Shown: positions 63,792 through 64,000 of the stretch, in pieces
Layout of the letters: each line of letters begins with the position of its first letter
How positions within the stretch are numbered: the stretch's first letter is position 1
Origin: Armatimonadota bacterium
Lineage (GTDB): Bacteria; Armatimonadota; Zipacnadia; Zipacnadales; VGFC01
Length of the DNA stretch: 64,000 bases
Assembly (NCBI GenBank): GCA_016869045.1
Contig: VGFC01000004.1
Location: 40-64,039 of the forward strand
Direction: 5' to 3'
The notes under the pieces: generated by a model
Seen by the model: the letters and a program-made list of their open reading frames with translations, nothing else
Told to the model about the DNA's origin: nothing
Database searches by the model: none
Program-made: the position numbers and the translations under genes

Positions 63792-63970
63792 ATGTAGGGG
63801 CGCGATTCATCACGCCCAAATGTAGGGGCGCGATTCATCGCGCCCAAGTGTCGGGGCGTGATTCATCACGCCCAAATGTAGGGGCGTGATTCATCACGCC
63901 CAAATGTAGGGGCGCGATTCATCGCGCCCAAGTGTAGGGGCGCGATTCATCGCGCCCTATTGTGTAGGGG
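63792..63970. repeat. family A hairpin array copy 8: six tandem units plus a truncated seventh, running to the window edge
   Basis: Units of 27-28 bp with no spacers, alternating gcgcgattcatcgcgcc / gcgtgattcatcacgcc / gcgcgattcatcacgcc variants. Confidence 0.75.
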
Positions 63971-64000
63971 TTAACATGAAACGGTCCGCCGTTGGGGAAG

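Noticed and set aside
63792-63970. Tandem family A units considered as a CRISPR array
   Set aside because: Units abut directly (period 27-28 bp) with no unique spacers. The same unit is scattered singly or in pairs at seven other loci. No cas genes in the window.
1-64000. tRNA/rRNA genes
   Set aside because: No T-loop-like GTTCRANYC with matching acceptor-stem context was noticed in intergenic regions. All longer non-coding stretches are explained by the repeat families.

Overview
High-GC (about 67%) bacterial chromosomal segment with dense coding on both strands and about 50 supportable protein genes. No rRNA, tRNA or CRISPR array was found. Recognisable housekeeping genes: prs, purL, thiL, lpxD with an upstream skp/ompH, eda, and a three-gene split (archaeal-type) glutamate synthase placed next to an HdrB/C-like CCG-domain Fe-S protein. 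Other blocks: a Tm-1-like UPF0261 + PEP-hydrolase-like TIM-barrel pair interrupted by a cupin and an orphan HicB-like gene; an ABC-ATPase/ABC-2 permease/LolA-like operon; a tungsten-type aldehyde:ferredoxin oxidoreductase followed by a MoaD/ThiS-like GG-terminal carrier and an octaheme HAO-family cytochrome c; and a 39-54 kb block of secreted/lipoprotein polysaccharide-active enzymes (GH-like TIM barrel, right-handed beta-helix, heparinase II/III-like lyase, GT-C membrane glycosyltransferase, S8 protease). The most unusual content is non-coding. Family A is a REP/MITE-like hairpin repeat (tgtaggggcgYgattcatcRcgccc) present at 8 intergenic loci, up to more than 6 tandem units, whose variants preserve the hairpin. 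Family B is a roughly 107-bp MITE with GATTGTGTTGA terminal inverted repeats; one copy sits inside a family A hairpin loop with a 4-bp TTCA duplication. Family C is a set of CCCGAAAC/GTTTCGGG inverted modules in intercistronic spacers of the glutamate synthase operon. Family D is a two-copy element with conserved GGGACTGTCCC flanks around two different hairpins. A duplicated array of six perfect 22-bp palindromes at 38-bp spacing lies at the 5' end of a secreted-protein gene. Three paralogous BtrH_N/DUF4872-like (C39-fold) proteins are also encoded. ORF-track entries that only span repeats or run antisense to strong genes were treated as artefacts.
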